Shown piece after piece: positions 1 to 15,270 of a stretch of 64,000 nt of DNA (within the stretch, counting starts at the first letter, position 1; each line of letters begins with the position of its first letter). The notes below the pieces were generated by a model. The model searched no databases. It was not told the origin of the DNA and was given only the letters and a program-made list of their open reading frames with translations. Origin of the DNA: Moniliella sp. 'wahieum'. Its lineage: Eukaryota. The translations under genes were made by a program, and so were the position numbers. The stretch covers positions 248,001-312,000 of the forward strand of contig RSEE01000017.1 of NCBI GenBank assembly GCA_003971905.1, in the 5' to 3' direction.

Positions 1-796
1 GAGTGTATCCGCGCGAAGGAGGCCGGGCGGGAGTGTAAGATCGGGTGGGCAAGGATTGGCCACCGGAGGCTTGCTCGTACAGTCCCGGCGGCAGCGAGGC
101 GGGGATACTGGGGATGGAACCGCTCATGACGCCCTGGATGTAGTACATGGCGATGGTGAAATCAGTCAAATCCAGTGCACCGCGCGAGTGGGTGTCGGCC
201 AACGCCCAGATGTGTCCGAGCTTGTCGAACGGGAGCTTGGACTTGAGGAAGACTTCCTTGGCCTTTGCGCCATCCAGCAGTCCGCCTACGGGGCCGGCGT
301 TTGCAAAGATACGCGCGTAGCGTGACTTGGACGCGGGGCTCAGGTCAATAGCAGCGGCCGGAGTGGCAGCGGCGGCGCGCGGGACGGACATGACGGAGGC
401 CGAACGGGAGGGGGGCTGCTGGACCTGTGGATACACAACGCCGTCGAACACGGGCGGGGCGATGGGGCTCGAGGCGAGGGCAGGGACGATGGCGTGGCCC
501 TGCTGGGCATGGGAGATGAGGCGGAGGGCGGTGCCAAAGCTGCTGGGGTGGGAGGAAGCCGACATTGTCGCTGTCGGCGATGGCCCAGATCTGGCCGAGG
601 ACCGCGGGGGGGAGGCGGGAGGCGGCAAAGAACTTGACGGCCTGGTCGCCCACCAGCACGCCAGACTGGCCTGGATCAGCGAGCGACCAGAGATGGGCAA
701 ACGCGGTGCGCTCGGCCGGGGTGAGTGCCACTGCGCAGGCGGGCGAGGGGCTGTCAGGATCGGATGGGGGGTCGAGGGGGGGCACGTACACGACAT
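1..796 (-). CDS. EDE1: EH-domain endocytic adaptor (Ede1/Eps15-like), 5' part; runs off the window start
   Basis: ATG at 796 with a GTACGT...CAG intron (789-731) gives MSLALTPAERTAFAHLWSLAD. EH domain 1 reads AVKFFAASRLPPAVLGQIWAIADSDNVGFL. After a frameshift, EH domain 2 reads KEVFLKSKLPFDKLGHIWALADTHSRGALDLTDFTIAMY. Confidence 0.85.
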   Translation of the reverse strand, partial: MSCTCPPSTPHPILTAPRPPAQWHSPRPSAPRLPISGRSLIQASLACWWATRPSSSLPPPASPPRSSARSGPSPTATMSASSHPSSFGTALRLISHAQQGHAIVPALASSPIAPPVFDGVVYPQVQQPPSRSASVMSVPRAAAATPAAAIDLSPASKSRYARIFANAGPVGGLLDGAKAKEVFLKSKLPFDKLGHIWALADTHSRGALDLTDFTIAMYYIQGVMSGSIPSIPASLPPGLYEQASGGQSLPTRSYTPARPPSRGYT

Positions 797-1305
797 GAGG
801 GATACCAGTGGCGGGCAGCGGCGAGGGCGGGGGCGGGGGCGAGGACAGCGGCGGGGGCAGTGGCGCGGGAGGGGCGGAGGCAGCCAGATGGAGGCTGAGC
901 TGAACGGGCGCTGGCTGGATGCATCCTTCGAGCGCAGCCAGCGCAGCCAGCAGGCCAGCAGGCGCAGTGCGGGTGCGGCGCCCTGCCAGGCACTGCCCCG
1001 TGCATGCGCCTGCCTGCGCCTGCGCAGCCCCCTTGCGTCATTGGCATCTACGCGCCCCCCGCTTGCGCCGTGCGGCCTGCGTTATGTAAGGTGCCGATCA
1101 TTGTCTGCCCAAGCCATCGTCCGCGGACAGTGTATATACACCAGCGCACCCACACAGCCCACTGCCACTCTCGCGTCTGTTTGCTGCTCCTCCAACTCCA
1201 TTGCATTGCAGGCACCCACCACCACCGGCCACAGCAGGCAGGCAGGCAGGCACTCGTAGTGTACAAGAGGGGCATTTCCGCCGCTCGCAGCCATCCGGCC
1301 CGCAC

Positions 1306-2321
1306 CTACGCGTGCCGCTGGTACTGCGCCACCAGCATCGCATGGTCACGCTCATACGGCTCCAGCGTCAGCTGCTCCCGTGGCCGGAACATCTCCCCCT
1401 GCAGCTTCTTGACCTCCGACGCAAACACCGCCTCCGCCGGTGCCGTCGAGTCAATGCACGACGCCTTGATGGAAATGACGACATGCCCTTGGTCCTTGAG
1501 GAAGTAGTGCGCATTCAGCGCCACAATACGTGCCTGGTCTGGCTGCGCCACGTCGGCAAAGATCACGTCCACCGTGTCCACCAGCATCCGGTACTTTTGA
1601 GGGTGACGCGCGTCCTCAATAATAGGAATCACATTGGTGCGCTTCTTGGCCATGTTGATCAAATCCCGCCCACTGCGATGCGAAAATTCAACAGCGTACA
1701 CCACACCCGTCGGCCCCACCACGTCGGCCACGTGCGAAACCGACGTTCCGGAAGCAGCTCCCAGATAGAGCACCTTGGCACCAGGCTGGATGTGGATGTG
1801 GTCCAGACCACCGAGGATACCAGCAGCAAGCTTCGAACGGAAAGGGTTCCACACACGGTACTCCACCTTGGCGCCAGGCACACCATCATCTTGAACCACG
1901 TCGACCGAAATGCGCTTCTCGCCATACACCGAATCACCGGGTGCCATGTTCTTGGTCACCAGCAGGTGCTCTTTGCCTTCCGCAATAAACACGCCGGCGT
2001 GACGGTGCGGCTTGACAATCACCTTGCTGCCACCGCGAGCACCCCTCGGGGCGCACCCCGTCCACGAGGAGCACCCCGTCCACCACCGCGAGCGCCACCA
2101 CGTCCGCCACCACGTCCGCCACCAAAGCCACCTATCGATAGAGAAAAGAAAAAAAAAAGTCAGTCAGCCCAGCCCGCAAGAATCTCGTGTGGAGACGCCA
2201 ACATACCACGTCCACCAGGAGCACCACGAGCACCACCACGTCCCCCACGACCAGGGGGTCCGCCACGCCCACCGCGGAATCCACCGCGTCCTCCACCACG
2301 TCCACGGTCACCAAAAGCCAT
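1306..2321 (-). CDS. NOP1: Fibrillarin, rRNA 2'-O-methyltransferase
   Basis: RGG-rich N-terminus [14 protein letters not shown], one intron at about 2206-2132, then [35 protein letters not shown] and [13 protein letters not shown]. Confidence 0.97.
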
Positions 2322-2885
2322 TGTGTCAGATGAAGCAAAGATGTGGTTGGGCTGGGCTAGGGGGTAATGCTGTTTTGCCGTGGACGGTCAAGTCGAACAG
2401 CAGAAATTTTAGTGCTTACGTACAGCTTTCTGTTCCGCCTGTGGGAGAAGCGGAAACTAGCTGGTGGATTTTGAAATGGATCGGTCCGCCCTCAACCGTT
2501 CAACCTCAGCGATAAGTAGGTGCGATAGCTCGGCCATGTATTAAAGCTTGCCTTGGAAGATCTGGAAACGGAAACAGTGGGCGCGTTGATGGTACACTGA
2601 TGGCATCGATGGCACCACTGCCAACTTCGTCCTCCTTCGGTCTCAACATTGAGACCGTTAACCCGCCTTTTTTCAATTCGCACTTTTCATCTGCATCCAG
2701 CCGCAATATAACAATCGTTGATGGAATGCAATGTGCTTGATGTAGCGGGCAAGTGTCTGTTGTGGGGGTGGCCACAAAGCCAGTCGAAGTACAAGATGAA
2801 GCTTTCCGCCTGATGCGAGCAACCTTCCCCACGCAGTACAGGGAGGGAGAGGGATGAGGGGGGGGGGGGGAGGAGGAGACGGGTA

Positions 2886-5037
2886 TCATTCCCCGACGAT
2901 GGTGGTAGCGAAGGTGGCGATCTCCTGTTCGACCGAGGGTGGCTTGAAGGGCCAAATGTCGAAGACGCGAGCCAAAGCGACAAGCTGCGTTGTAGACAAA
3001 TCGCATACCCTTGCGCTCGGATCCACCTCCTCCTCGGGGGAGTGGGCAAACTCAGTATCGCCCTTACCCAGGCGGTACACAATTTCCTCTGCCCCCGGCG
3101 CGACGTGGCGCAGCGAGTCAACAATCGAGTGATTGCGCAGCACGAGCACATTTTTCATCAACCAGTCAAATGTGGGGAACAACGCCACTGGTACTAATGG
3201 ATCTTTGCGCGGAGTGATCGTGACAAAGGCAAGACGCTGTCGGTTCAGCGCCGACGCCGCATTGTCGCTTTGAGGCCCTCCATTGGTCTTGACCAAGCGG
3301 GAATAGGCTCCTTTTCCCACGATCATATGTTCAATGCCATAGATGTGCTCGTAGAGTGGCAGGAACTCATCCCCACGCATGTGGTACTCCACCTGCGCCA
3401 GCGCGTCGGTGATCACATTCACCTTGGATCGGTGATGATTCCCTGGTGTGATCACCAACCGATCTGCCAAGCTCTCGGTTATAATCAGGTGCATCTTGAC
3501 CCTGCCATAGCGGAAAAGCCAGGCACGAGATCCCATGGCTGAAATCATCTGAACCACCAACTGCCCCCAACGTGGTGTTAGGGACCGTCATAAACACTTC
3601 CAAAGGCGAGTCCACTTTCCAATCGGGGGTATCGAACGACATGTGGCTGTCGGATTGTTTTGGAAGGTACGAGGCCCGTGGAGCGCAAGGGATAGTCAAA
3701 TGCTCCGCCCTTTTCCAAATCACTGTACGTGCTCCACTCCCACGCCGAGTAGGGGAACACAGTGAGCCGGCTCCGATCCACCTTGGACGACTCGGGTGCA
3801 TTCTCCAAGCGGACAAGCCAGGCCCAATAGTTCAACGCATCCTCAAGCGCATAGACGTGCTCCACATTGGGGTGGCGGAGAAAGCGCTGAGTGACGGAAC
3901 CTACGCCTGCATAGCCCTCAAGAATGATGCGGGGTGGGCCCTGGTCGAGCTTCATGTAGGAAACGACCTCCTCCACAGTCGAACTGTTGTTGAGGAACAT
4001 GTGGTTCAGCGCATGGAAGGAAGTGTCCCTCTCAAAGCCAAACTCAAACGCCTGGCCCCACTGACCGGTGGAAGATGAGGAAAATCTTGATGGGTCTGAG
4101 CCAATTTTTTCTTGCCTTGAGTGGGCAAGTCCCAAAATACCTTGTGCGTCGCAATGAGTTCTTCCATTCGCTTCTGGCGCTTGCGCAGCCGGGCCTTTGA
4201 GATCCGCGTTCGCCCCAGGAGAAACTGGGTATCAGGGATAGGTGTCATGGGGGGATCATTGGCCACCGCATCCTCATCCCCTGGCGCCTCACCATGATGG
4301 TGCATCTCCGCCATAGCCAACGCTTGAGTGATTGACAAGAGTGACATGCGCGCTGCGTCGAGGCGTGAAGTCTGGGCATCCAACACGTTCTGCCGAAGAA
4401 GTTCCGCATCGTACTCTGGGGGTCTTACGCCAAACGGCACTGAGGAGCGAGTGTGCGTGGTCTCGCTTTCTTGGGATTTCGTGCTAACCGGGGTGATATT
4501 CTGCGCAGCTTCGGAAGGGGGGATGGACTCCGACGGAGCGGGAGGGGATGGTGCTTCGGGAGAGAGGGACGCGTCTTCTTCATCAACTTGCCTTTGGGAA
4601 GAACTGCCGAGAGAGGGCATACGATTTGGATCGCGATTGGACGATGGAGGAGACACCTCCGCCTCCTCAACAGGCTTTTTGCGAGAACGAGGACGACGTG
4701 GCTGTTTAGCAGGCGTCTCGGCATCGGATGCTGGGGGTGCCGGACGCGCATTTCCGCGGGAGCGCTTTTTCGGAACGTTGGCGCTGGATTCATCAGCAGC
4801 ACCAGCTGTAGTAGGAGTCTTTCGGGGCGGGCGGCCGCGTCTTGGACGGGGCGAGGGAGTGTCGGTCACTACATTGGCTTCGCCCTGGAAGCAGGTAGAG
4901 GCGGCACTGAAATGGCGATAAGGAGTTGCAATAAGAGCCCCCGCGGGAGGAAGAGAAGTCTGGGTGGCCAACAGGCTTGGTGCTGCCAGCCGCGGGAGGA
5001 CATAGGCGACACGAGCGGCACGAGCGGCGAGCGCCAT
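2886..5037 (-). CDS. Mitochondrial transcription factor / KsgA-Dim1-family SAM methyltransferase fold (Mtf1-like); frameshifted over three ORFs
   Basis: Arg/Ala/Ser-rich presequence (MALAARAARVAYVLPRL...RHFSAAS). SAM motif I-like RIILEGYAGVGSVT and VYALED, then WLFRYGRVKMHL, RSKVNV and C-terminal LARVFDIWPF. Confidence 0.7.
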
Positions 5038-5334
5038 GCCGAGCGAGAAGATGGTGCTGCTCTGTTGAAGCCAAGTGTCTTAGCAGCGCGGCTGGCACGG
5101 CCTGGCTCGGCTGAAGAAGCCAGCGACGCGACAGCGATTACCTAAGCGGCTATCACGTGTGCGTTCGCTGCCACGACTGCGCAAATATCAAGTACACTGA
5201 ATATACGAACCCCTCTGGTAGCTGGCAGCTGTATCCTACCACACCACTACTGCACCCGGTTCACCTACTATGCAATCGCACATACGTGCAACATGTTCGA
5301 TTACCGAGACTGCCCCCGGATACGACGGGCCTCA

Positions 5335-7649
5335 TCACAGCCGGATCATATCGATCCGACACCGCTCGGCAAAGCGATAGTCGATCTTCTGCCCCTCCTC
5401 GGCCGGCAAGTCCTGCATGGGCGCAACAGTCACCTCGGCAAAATACCCCCCCCGGTCGCCCGTCCTGCCTCCCAAGCGACCTGGGTTGAGGCAGACGGTC
5501 GGAAGCACTTCCTTGACCGATGGCGGCAGAGTTGACGGAAGTACCAACAGATCCGGCGTAGCGCCCACAAAGTCGGCCAAGTGCATGTGAGCAATGTCCA
5601 CCGCCAGCGGCATCTCCCCTTCTTCCGGAGCGGACGGTGTGATGGGGTAAAAGTTGCGTTGCGAGATGACATGCAGGAAGGAACGGAGGATCGGGTCGCG
5701 CGTCGTCTTGGAAGTAGGCAAGGGCGTCTTCGAAGGCAAAGTGACCATCATTTCCTGACTGCACAGATCGCGCAGTACATCGGCCGTGCTCAGGCCCAAA
5801 AGGCATTCGTTGATCCACAACCCGCACGGATTGGGAAGGAGGACCAGACGGCGGTCCTCAAAGAGACCATGGTGCACGTCAAACATACCTTCCTCGGTGG
5901 ACGTCTCCTTCGACAGAGCTGGCTGAGGATAGGCAACGTGGGAACTAATATAGTCATCGGTGCTGGCGACGATGGCGATCCTGAGGGTGGGGATCGAAGC
6001 TAGTAGCGTCTTGAGCCGCCCCGAGAACCGGCTGCGGATAATTTCTTCCGGGAATGCCTCAGGGTCCTCCTCCAGCGCTTTGTGTTCCCGCGACAAGATC
6101 GGACCCAGCAAGACCAACACATCGGGCGCAGTTTGAACAACATACTGAGCCAGCTGGGCCAGAGGTTGGAACAAAAGGTCCGAGGCTGAAGTGAACGGTC
6201 CAGCCGCCACAATCACTTTGAGCGGCTGGCCATTCATGCTCTTGGGGCTGAGCTGATACTTGCGCAACTTCTTGACTTCTTCTTTTCCTGCGGGTAGCCG
6301 AGGAGGCAAGAGGACCTCCGACACGACAAAACCCAAATCGCCCGACCCGGATCCGGTACCATTCCGCCCTCGAAGTCCGACAAGCATGCCGGGGAAGAAG
6401 CTGACATGGTCAGTGCGCTCCAAGCCATCGTCCTCATCCCCTGGCTGACTTCCTGGAGCGGGAGGCGCAGAGCGCACTTGGCATCCCATAGCAAACGAAA
6501 GTTTGACCCGATCCCCATCCCCCGTTCGCTTGCTCACCTCCAGTCCCATTCCCATGTCCGCCAGCTTGGGAACCCCCGTCTCGAGCCAGTCAGCGGCACC
6601 ATCATCCTCCCCTTGCTCTGCCCGCTTGGCCAAGTTGCGCACCTCCCCCGGCGAGTCAACCAAAGGCACAATTCGCCCCACAGTGTATACGTCCTGTTGG
6701 GTCTGGACACTGGGATCTTGAAACACGCTAGGACTATCCAGGTTGTAGTACTCAGCCAGCACAACCGCCATCTGCTCAATATTGTCGTCCAGCACTGGAA
6801 ATGGGAGGCAGGCAGGTCAGTGCCTGGGAGAGGATGGGGAGAAAACACATACCCGAGGTGACCGCTTTCTTGGGTGTGAACATGTACCGGTAGTTCCACT
6901 GGTCCGGATCAACAGCGAAAGAGAAAAATGCCTTGCCCTTGTGGACACTGGGATCAACGTGATTGTCGAGGTAAGAGTTAAAGCTCAAGTTGGGCAAGGG
7001 GGAGAAGGGGTGTGGGTGTAGCTGTTGTCGGCACGGGACTTTGCTTGGGCCACTTGCTGCTTGGTAGGGAGAGACTGAATATTCTGTGTGTTGACCTGCT
7101 TGATGGTGGCGGTCAAGTCATCAGTCTTCCCAGCGCCGGAGCGTGAAGGAGTGGTGGGCTCGGGCTGCCCAGCAAAGTCCGACCAATCGTCATCCATGTC
7201 CATAGACACATCGCCCGAGACCCTACGAGCTTGCTGACGGCCGGGGGTGGTGCCAGGGATGCTGCTCAGCCTGCGGGATGGAAGGAAGGGAGTGGGGAGG
7301 GGGGCGGGGTTAGTGACCACGTCGATGGGTAGACGAAGACGACATACAAACTACTTTTGCCGCGGCGGGTGGTGGAGAGGACATTGCGAGGCGTGGCGCG
7401 CGGAGTGATTTGGTCGGCGGCCGAAGCAAGGCTCTGACGAAATGCGTCGATGTTCTTGGGGTTAAAATCGAGCATGGCATTGTCCATGCTGAATGCTTCC
7501 CACTTGAAAAAGAGGTCTTCAGCGCTGAGGGCATGGGAGGTGCACAGCTGTGCCACAGCCGACAAGGCATCGCGGGCGTCGTCGGAAGAGAGAAGACCAA
7601 GCTGCTGGGAGAACGTTGATCCGAGTTGGCGCTGGAGTGGGTCCGTCAT
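5335..7649 (-). CDS. POL12: DNA polymerase alpha/primase subunit B
   Basis: LSAEDLFFKWEAF, YRYMF, SFFPGMLVGLRGRN, VIVAAGPFT, PDVLVLLGP, YPQP, LPNPC and PDLLVLPS...VCLNPG. Introns at about 7347-7272 and 6853-6797. Confidence 0.93.
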
Positions 7650-7735
7650 CTCAGAGACGATACCAGGCTGGTGGTGGGGCGGTGGTGGTGGTGGTGATGG
7701 GGAAGACAGAACGGCGGGGGTTGGGTTGGCTGGCA

Positions 7736-7810
7736 CGTCGCGTCGACATCGCGCTTCTGACGCGACGCGCATTGGCGTCGTTTCAATTTCACTTGCGTGG
7801 CCGCGATTTC
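7736..7810. promoter_or_regulatory. Cluster of MCB-like CGCG/ACGCG elements upstream of POL12
   Basis: TCGCGT, ATCGCG, GACGCGACGCG and CCGCGA lie about 90-160 bp upstream of the POL12 ATG. MCB boxes regulate fungal replication genes. Confidence 0.45.
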
Positions 7811-8026
7811 GCTTCTTCCAAGCATCCCACCTGTGATTGACACCTGCGACTAAATGATACACGGGGTGCGGGCCAGCTTATATTCAACTCACCCTCTCGG
7901 CTCTATTCGCCTCCATTCCCACTTGTGTGGCTCCTCGGGCCTCTAGTCGCAGCTGAGCTCGCAAGGATATGCATACAGAGTAGGAACAAGGGCAAGGGGA
8001 ATCCAGAATGGAACTAGCAAATGCAC

Positions 8027-9659
8027 TTAGATCTCCTCAATAACCAGGTCGGGATCATACTCCTCTTCCTCCTCAGCTTCGGCTGGCCGCTTGGCTGGTG
8101 TGACCTGTGGCGCCTCGCCGGCATCATCATCCAGGTCTTTGAGCGTAGCCTCTCTCGTCGCGCTTCAGAATGTTGACCAAGCGGACAACGGCTTCGGTAA
8201 TGCGTTCATCCTCTTCACGCAGATGGGCCTCACGGACCACAATGTACACCCCGCGATGACGCAGACACTCCCGTCCATACAAGGTCGTGCATAACAGCAA
8301 GAGCGACTCGACCAGCATCAACCGCAGCGCCGGATCCCGTTCTCTCTCCTTGTCCTCCGAAGGGAATTGGCACGACTCGGGCAACGATTCTTGGTCTTCC
8401 ATGTCCAATTCGGCCACCTCCTTCCCATTCACCAGTGGGATCAAAAGTGAGGGCAAAAGATCCAGTCCGGCAGAAGGCCGTTTGACCGACGCCAAAGCCT
8501 GGACATGAGCTCCTTTCCCTTCGGGAATGTGGGTGGGCGGGGCAATGAGCAGCCTGTGTTCTGCCTTGAGGAATAGGATTTCTATCACACCGAGATTAGC
8601 GCAAGAAAGGCCCACGTGAGAAGGAAATACGTACTTGAGCGTGCTCACCACGCCACCTCGCCGGATCAAGTCGGGGTGCTCAGTGTAGATCATGATCCGG
8701 GCAATGGCGTAAGACGCAGAAGGGATGTTCCCCTCAGAAGCAATGAGTGCCAAATTCTCGGCATCAGCGGTAGCGTGGGTGGGTTCAACAAACCAAGAAC
8801 GGCCCTTGGGGACAATGGAAACATTGGCAAATACGCTCGCGAGGAAGTTGCAATTGGACTTGCGCTCGAGCTTCGGCCTGCCGTCAGGGCCAATCTCGGG
8901 TTTGGGGGCCTCTCCATTGTTGGCATCCTTTTGTGCCTTTTCCACCCGTGTCTTCATCTCTTCGAGGGACGAGGCATTGCTGGCGACTGCTGCCCCTCCT
9001 CAAACGCATCTAGAAGACGGTTGAGCGCTGGAACAAGTTTCTTGGCCTCCTCTTCTTGTTTCCGCGCTTGAGCGGCCAAGCGAGACGCGCGCTCTTGCAT
9101 CTCAGCCTTCTTGGCCTCAAAGTCGGGAGCGTTGGGGTCGGCATCCATGGCGCCCATGAGAGATTGGATGTCAGCTTGTTGAACAAACTGGTAGAAAGGC
9201 GCCTGCGGCACCTGCAGGTTGAGCAGGTCCCCTGAGACTTTGTCGTCCTGGGTTAAGTTGGACAACAGCATACACGCCAAATCGGCCAGCAGGGACACGG
9301 GATCGGCAATGTATGTGACGAGGAAGGTGAGGAACTCCTTGTCCCCGATTCGCGTCCTCAGCCCTGGTTCGTCTGCCAAATTGATGAGCGTGGAGAATGC
9401 GGGATGGGCAGCCATGGGCTGGTCCTTGCACAGCGCCTTGAGGTCCTCGATCTGGTCCACAGGGCGGTGGTTGCGCCCAACCAAGATGCCACGGCCATTG
9501 GGCGCCGAAAGGGTGTTGGGCGCGGCAGTGAGCAGCTTGCGGAAGGGACTGTCTTTGGCAAAAGCCGGCAACATGCTCGACAGCCATTTGGCGGGCAGTG
9601 TTGTTCGGGTCAGAGAGGAAGGTGAGGAGCTCGAGAGCCACCTTGGTGTTGGCATCCAT
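8027..9659 (-). CDS. HGH1: Hgh1/FAM203 eEF2 chaperone (armadillo-like); frameshifted
   Basis: LELLTFLSDPN..RQMAVEHV, LADLACMLLSNLT, NFLASVFANVS, EHPDLIRRGGVVSTLK, KERERDPALRLMLVESLLLLCTTLYGRECLR and C-terminal DLVIEEI*. Confidence 0.9.
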
Positions 9660-10088
9660 GATGGGCAGCTAGGACGAGGGGCGGTGGGGTGGGGAGGAAC
9701 GGCGGGAAGCGGAGCGGTCGTCCCTTAGGCTCATGCGAAGCAGGAGGGGCAAGACATCCACTGCTGCATGACGTCGGTCGCCTTCGCTGGGCTTCAAATT
9801 TTTCGTCCGCATGGGCTTCAGGGCCTCAGAGCCTCAGCATGCATATAAGGTGCCTGCCTATTCCACAACGCCCAAGGCCCGCTGTTCAGTATTTCATTTC
9901 CGCGCTTAGCTCAGCCCAAGGCCCCTGCCTCGCTCCCATGTCAGATTCAGAGGAGGAATGCTCCCACTTCCGCTCCGTAGCTCCGCCGCGCCAATCCACC
10001 ACGGCCTGCCAGCCCAGCCCACCAAGTTATCCGACTGCCGGACTAGCGTCTTCTCCTGCATCTGAACCCGCCCTCGTTGTCTGCCACG

Positions 10089-11020
10089 ATGGGCTTGCTC
10101 ACCATCATCCGCAAGAACAAGCGTAGGTGCCCTCCCTTGCGTTCTGCTGTTGTGCAGCATACTGATTCGCTCCTCCAGTCAAGGAGCGCGAGTTTCGCAT
10201 CCTCTTCCTTGGTCTCGACAATGCTGGCAAGTCGACCATCATCAAGAAGATCAATGGCGAGCCCATCGACTCGATCAGTCCCACCCTTGGCTTCAGCATC
10301 AAAACGTTTCTGCACAGGGGGTGCGTTTTGGCCCCCCCCTTCCTCTTCATGCCTAACCAACCTATGTTTTGCTTTCACCAGATACACCCTCAACGTTTGT
10401 ATGTCGCTCTCCTTCGCATGCGCCTGGGTTACTGACGAGCGCAGGGGACGTGGGTGGACAACGAACGTTGCGTCCGTACTGGCGCAAACTACTTTGAGCG
10501 CACCGACGATGCGTCGTGTGGTTGTGTGGACAGCAACGATGTGGACCGGATTGCAGATTGTCGACACGAGTTCCAAAGTCTTTTGAGCGAGGAGGTACGT
10601 GCCCCTTCCGCCCTCCCCCCCCTTTGCTTTGCTGTTCTAATCCACTCTGGGCCCCCGCGACTGGCAGGTGCGTCGATCCTTGTGTTTGCCAACAAACAGG
10701 ACATAGCAGGCGCGCTGAGTAGTGACCAGATCCGCCAAGTACGTTTTCTGTCCTGCTCCTCAGTCCCAACGCTAACCTTCTGTCGGTCCCTCGACCCCAG
10801 CTCCTCGGGCTGGACGAGATCAAGTCCCATGCCTGGCGCATCCAGCCCTGCAGTGCCGTGACGGGGGACAATTTGCTCAAGGGGTTTGACTGGATGATTG
10901 ACAATGTAGCCTCGCGCGTGTACTATTTTGGTGCCGCTCGCTCTGGCACCGTCGAGCCAGGCTCCCACGCCCGCCCCGTGCCCGCCCCGGCACCCCCGGC
11001 CCCCTTGCCCCGCTCCTTGA
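10089..11020 (+). CDS. ARL2: ADP-ribosylation factor-like 2 GTPase (Arl2/Alp41/Cin4); multi-intron, 3' end approximate
   Basis: [63 protein letters not shown] and CSAVTG, spread over about six exons. Confidence 0.93.
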
Positions 11021-11115
11021 ATCATCGCTCCTGTACATGTAAGCTCAGGGCTTTCTCCCATGCAGTCGTCGCCCCAAAATGTGAGATAGTTCAATGGGGC
11101 TCCAGGGTGCCATGG

Positions 11116-13651
<2,536 letters not shown>

Positions 13652-14517
13652 GGTCGCGTGTGCAGGAGCGCGCGGGCCAGACTGGTTGCGGCGATCCACC
13701 GTTAGCGCCCCTTGGCTCGCAACGCTCTGCGGACCAAGCCTTGGTGTGGGAGGAGGGGGGAATAGATGTGGCGAGGGCGGAACAAAGGAAAGGGGCGGTA
13801 TGGGAAAGGTGGGGGTGGAAATGTCCAAGCGGGGGCGCGTGCTGCTCACGGGGCACGGAAGGGGGTGGTGGGGGTATGGGTGTCCATCCGTGACTTCGAC
13901 CTGGTCAAGACTGGGCTGTGGTGGATTAATTCAATGTTCTAATTCCTGCGCGCGAGCTACTGCCTGCTACTGCTGCTTGTACCGGCCATTACAGACTTAA
14001 TCGTTGGACAGAATGCGCCTGTTCACCCAACCGGCTTGGGTGTGGGCTTGGAAGGCAGGCTGGGGCTCCGCTCGCATCGGCAATCGTTCCCGGGGAGAGC
14101 ATTTGCTTTCGCTCTTGAAGCTCGATGTTGCTTCCTCTTCGGTTGTTTTCGCTGCGCGGGTTGGTGGGACCTTAGGCCTCAAGCTAGCTCGACTCAGTCC
14201 TGTCGCAGAACACAACCGCGCTTCCTCCTGCCGAGGGCGGAATGAAAGCCCTGGCGGGAAGCAGGTTTCCGCCACGGCGCTTTTCGCTACCCCTGCTCGC
14301 CCTTCTCCCCACCTCTCAGGGGCAGCGGCGCACAGCTGCGCTGTTTCGGTCCACGGCTCATATCATCAACAAGCGCCAAGCTTCAAGCCAGCTCCCCATT
14401 CCCAACAGCCACATGTGCTGCGTACCCTCTACCTCGCCCCCTCGCCCGACCATAGCTTATAAATCTTTGGCATGCTCACCAGAATCTCGTCCAACGGAAA
14501 GACGGAGAGACACCGCC

Positions 14518-15270
14518 TCAGCGTATATATCCACAGGCGACAGACAGGTGTGTGTCCCGGCAGCAAAGGACAAGGAAGCCCACCTGTTCCTCGTTCCTCT
14601 GTAGTAGCCGCCGCAAGTCGTCCACTAGGGGCTTTCCTTGTGTTGCGGTTTGTACAGTATGTATTTGCTGCCGCAACTGTGCTGCTTGTCTGGCAACAAA
14701 GCAGTTCAATTTGGGACTATAGCCCGCTCCCTCCATTTGGGCACCTTATAGAAACGGATGGTGTTCCCTTGAGTTGGGTGATGGGCCATGTTATGTACCC
14801 CGTACGGCAGACACAAGTCATTCGCGGTCGTGGTGCTACCCACTTCGTTCTGTGCCTTTCTTGTTGAGTCGTAGGCGGTAAGTCTTGACGGATATGGTGC
14901 TTGAGAGGTGGGACTGTTGCGAGCCCCCCACCCTATTGGGCAAACTTCTGCTGATGGTGCAGGTATCCATGTGGGATAGTAGGTGCTGCCATTGAAAGTG
15001 CCTGTCATAGACCCACACTGCAGTGAAACCAGTTTGCTCACAAACGCTTCGCCGAGAGAGACTAAGTTCCTGCTGCTTTTATTCTAACCGTCTGATCGCC
15101 TCCTTTCTCCATCTCCAAATCATCCCTTACGCACCTTTTGGGTTGAGGACCAGATACGAATGGGGGAGTCGGACGCAAGGCTATGGGCTGTGCGTGGTTA
15201 AAGAGAAGGCAGGGCGGAGAAAAGGCGACGAAGAATGGGCGCGGGGCGATGAGTAGTACGGGAAGTCCAT
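14518..15270 (-). CDS. Hypothetical small protein, possibly secreted or degraded
   Basis: A hydrophobic stretch near 15190-15260 precedes a canonical-looking GTAAGG...TAG intron (about 15130-15084) that splices into the frame continuing as ORF 14706-15041. No domain recognised. Confidence 0.3.

Noticed and set aside
327..2367. Long plus-strand ORFs (327-1259, 1201-2367) and similar antisense ORFs across the window
   Set aside because: They are shadows of real opposite-strand genes or by-products of high GC content, with no domain signal.
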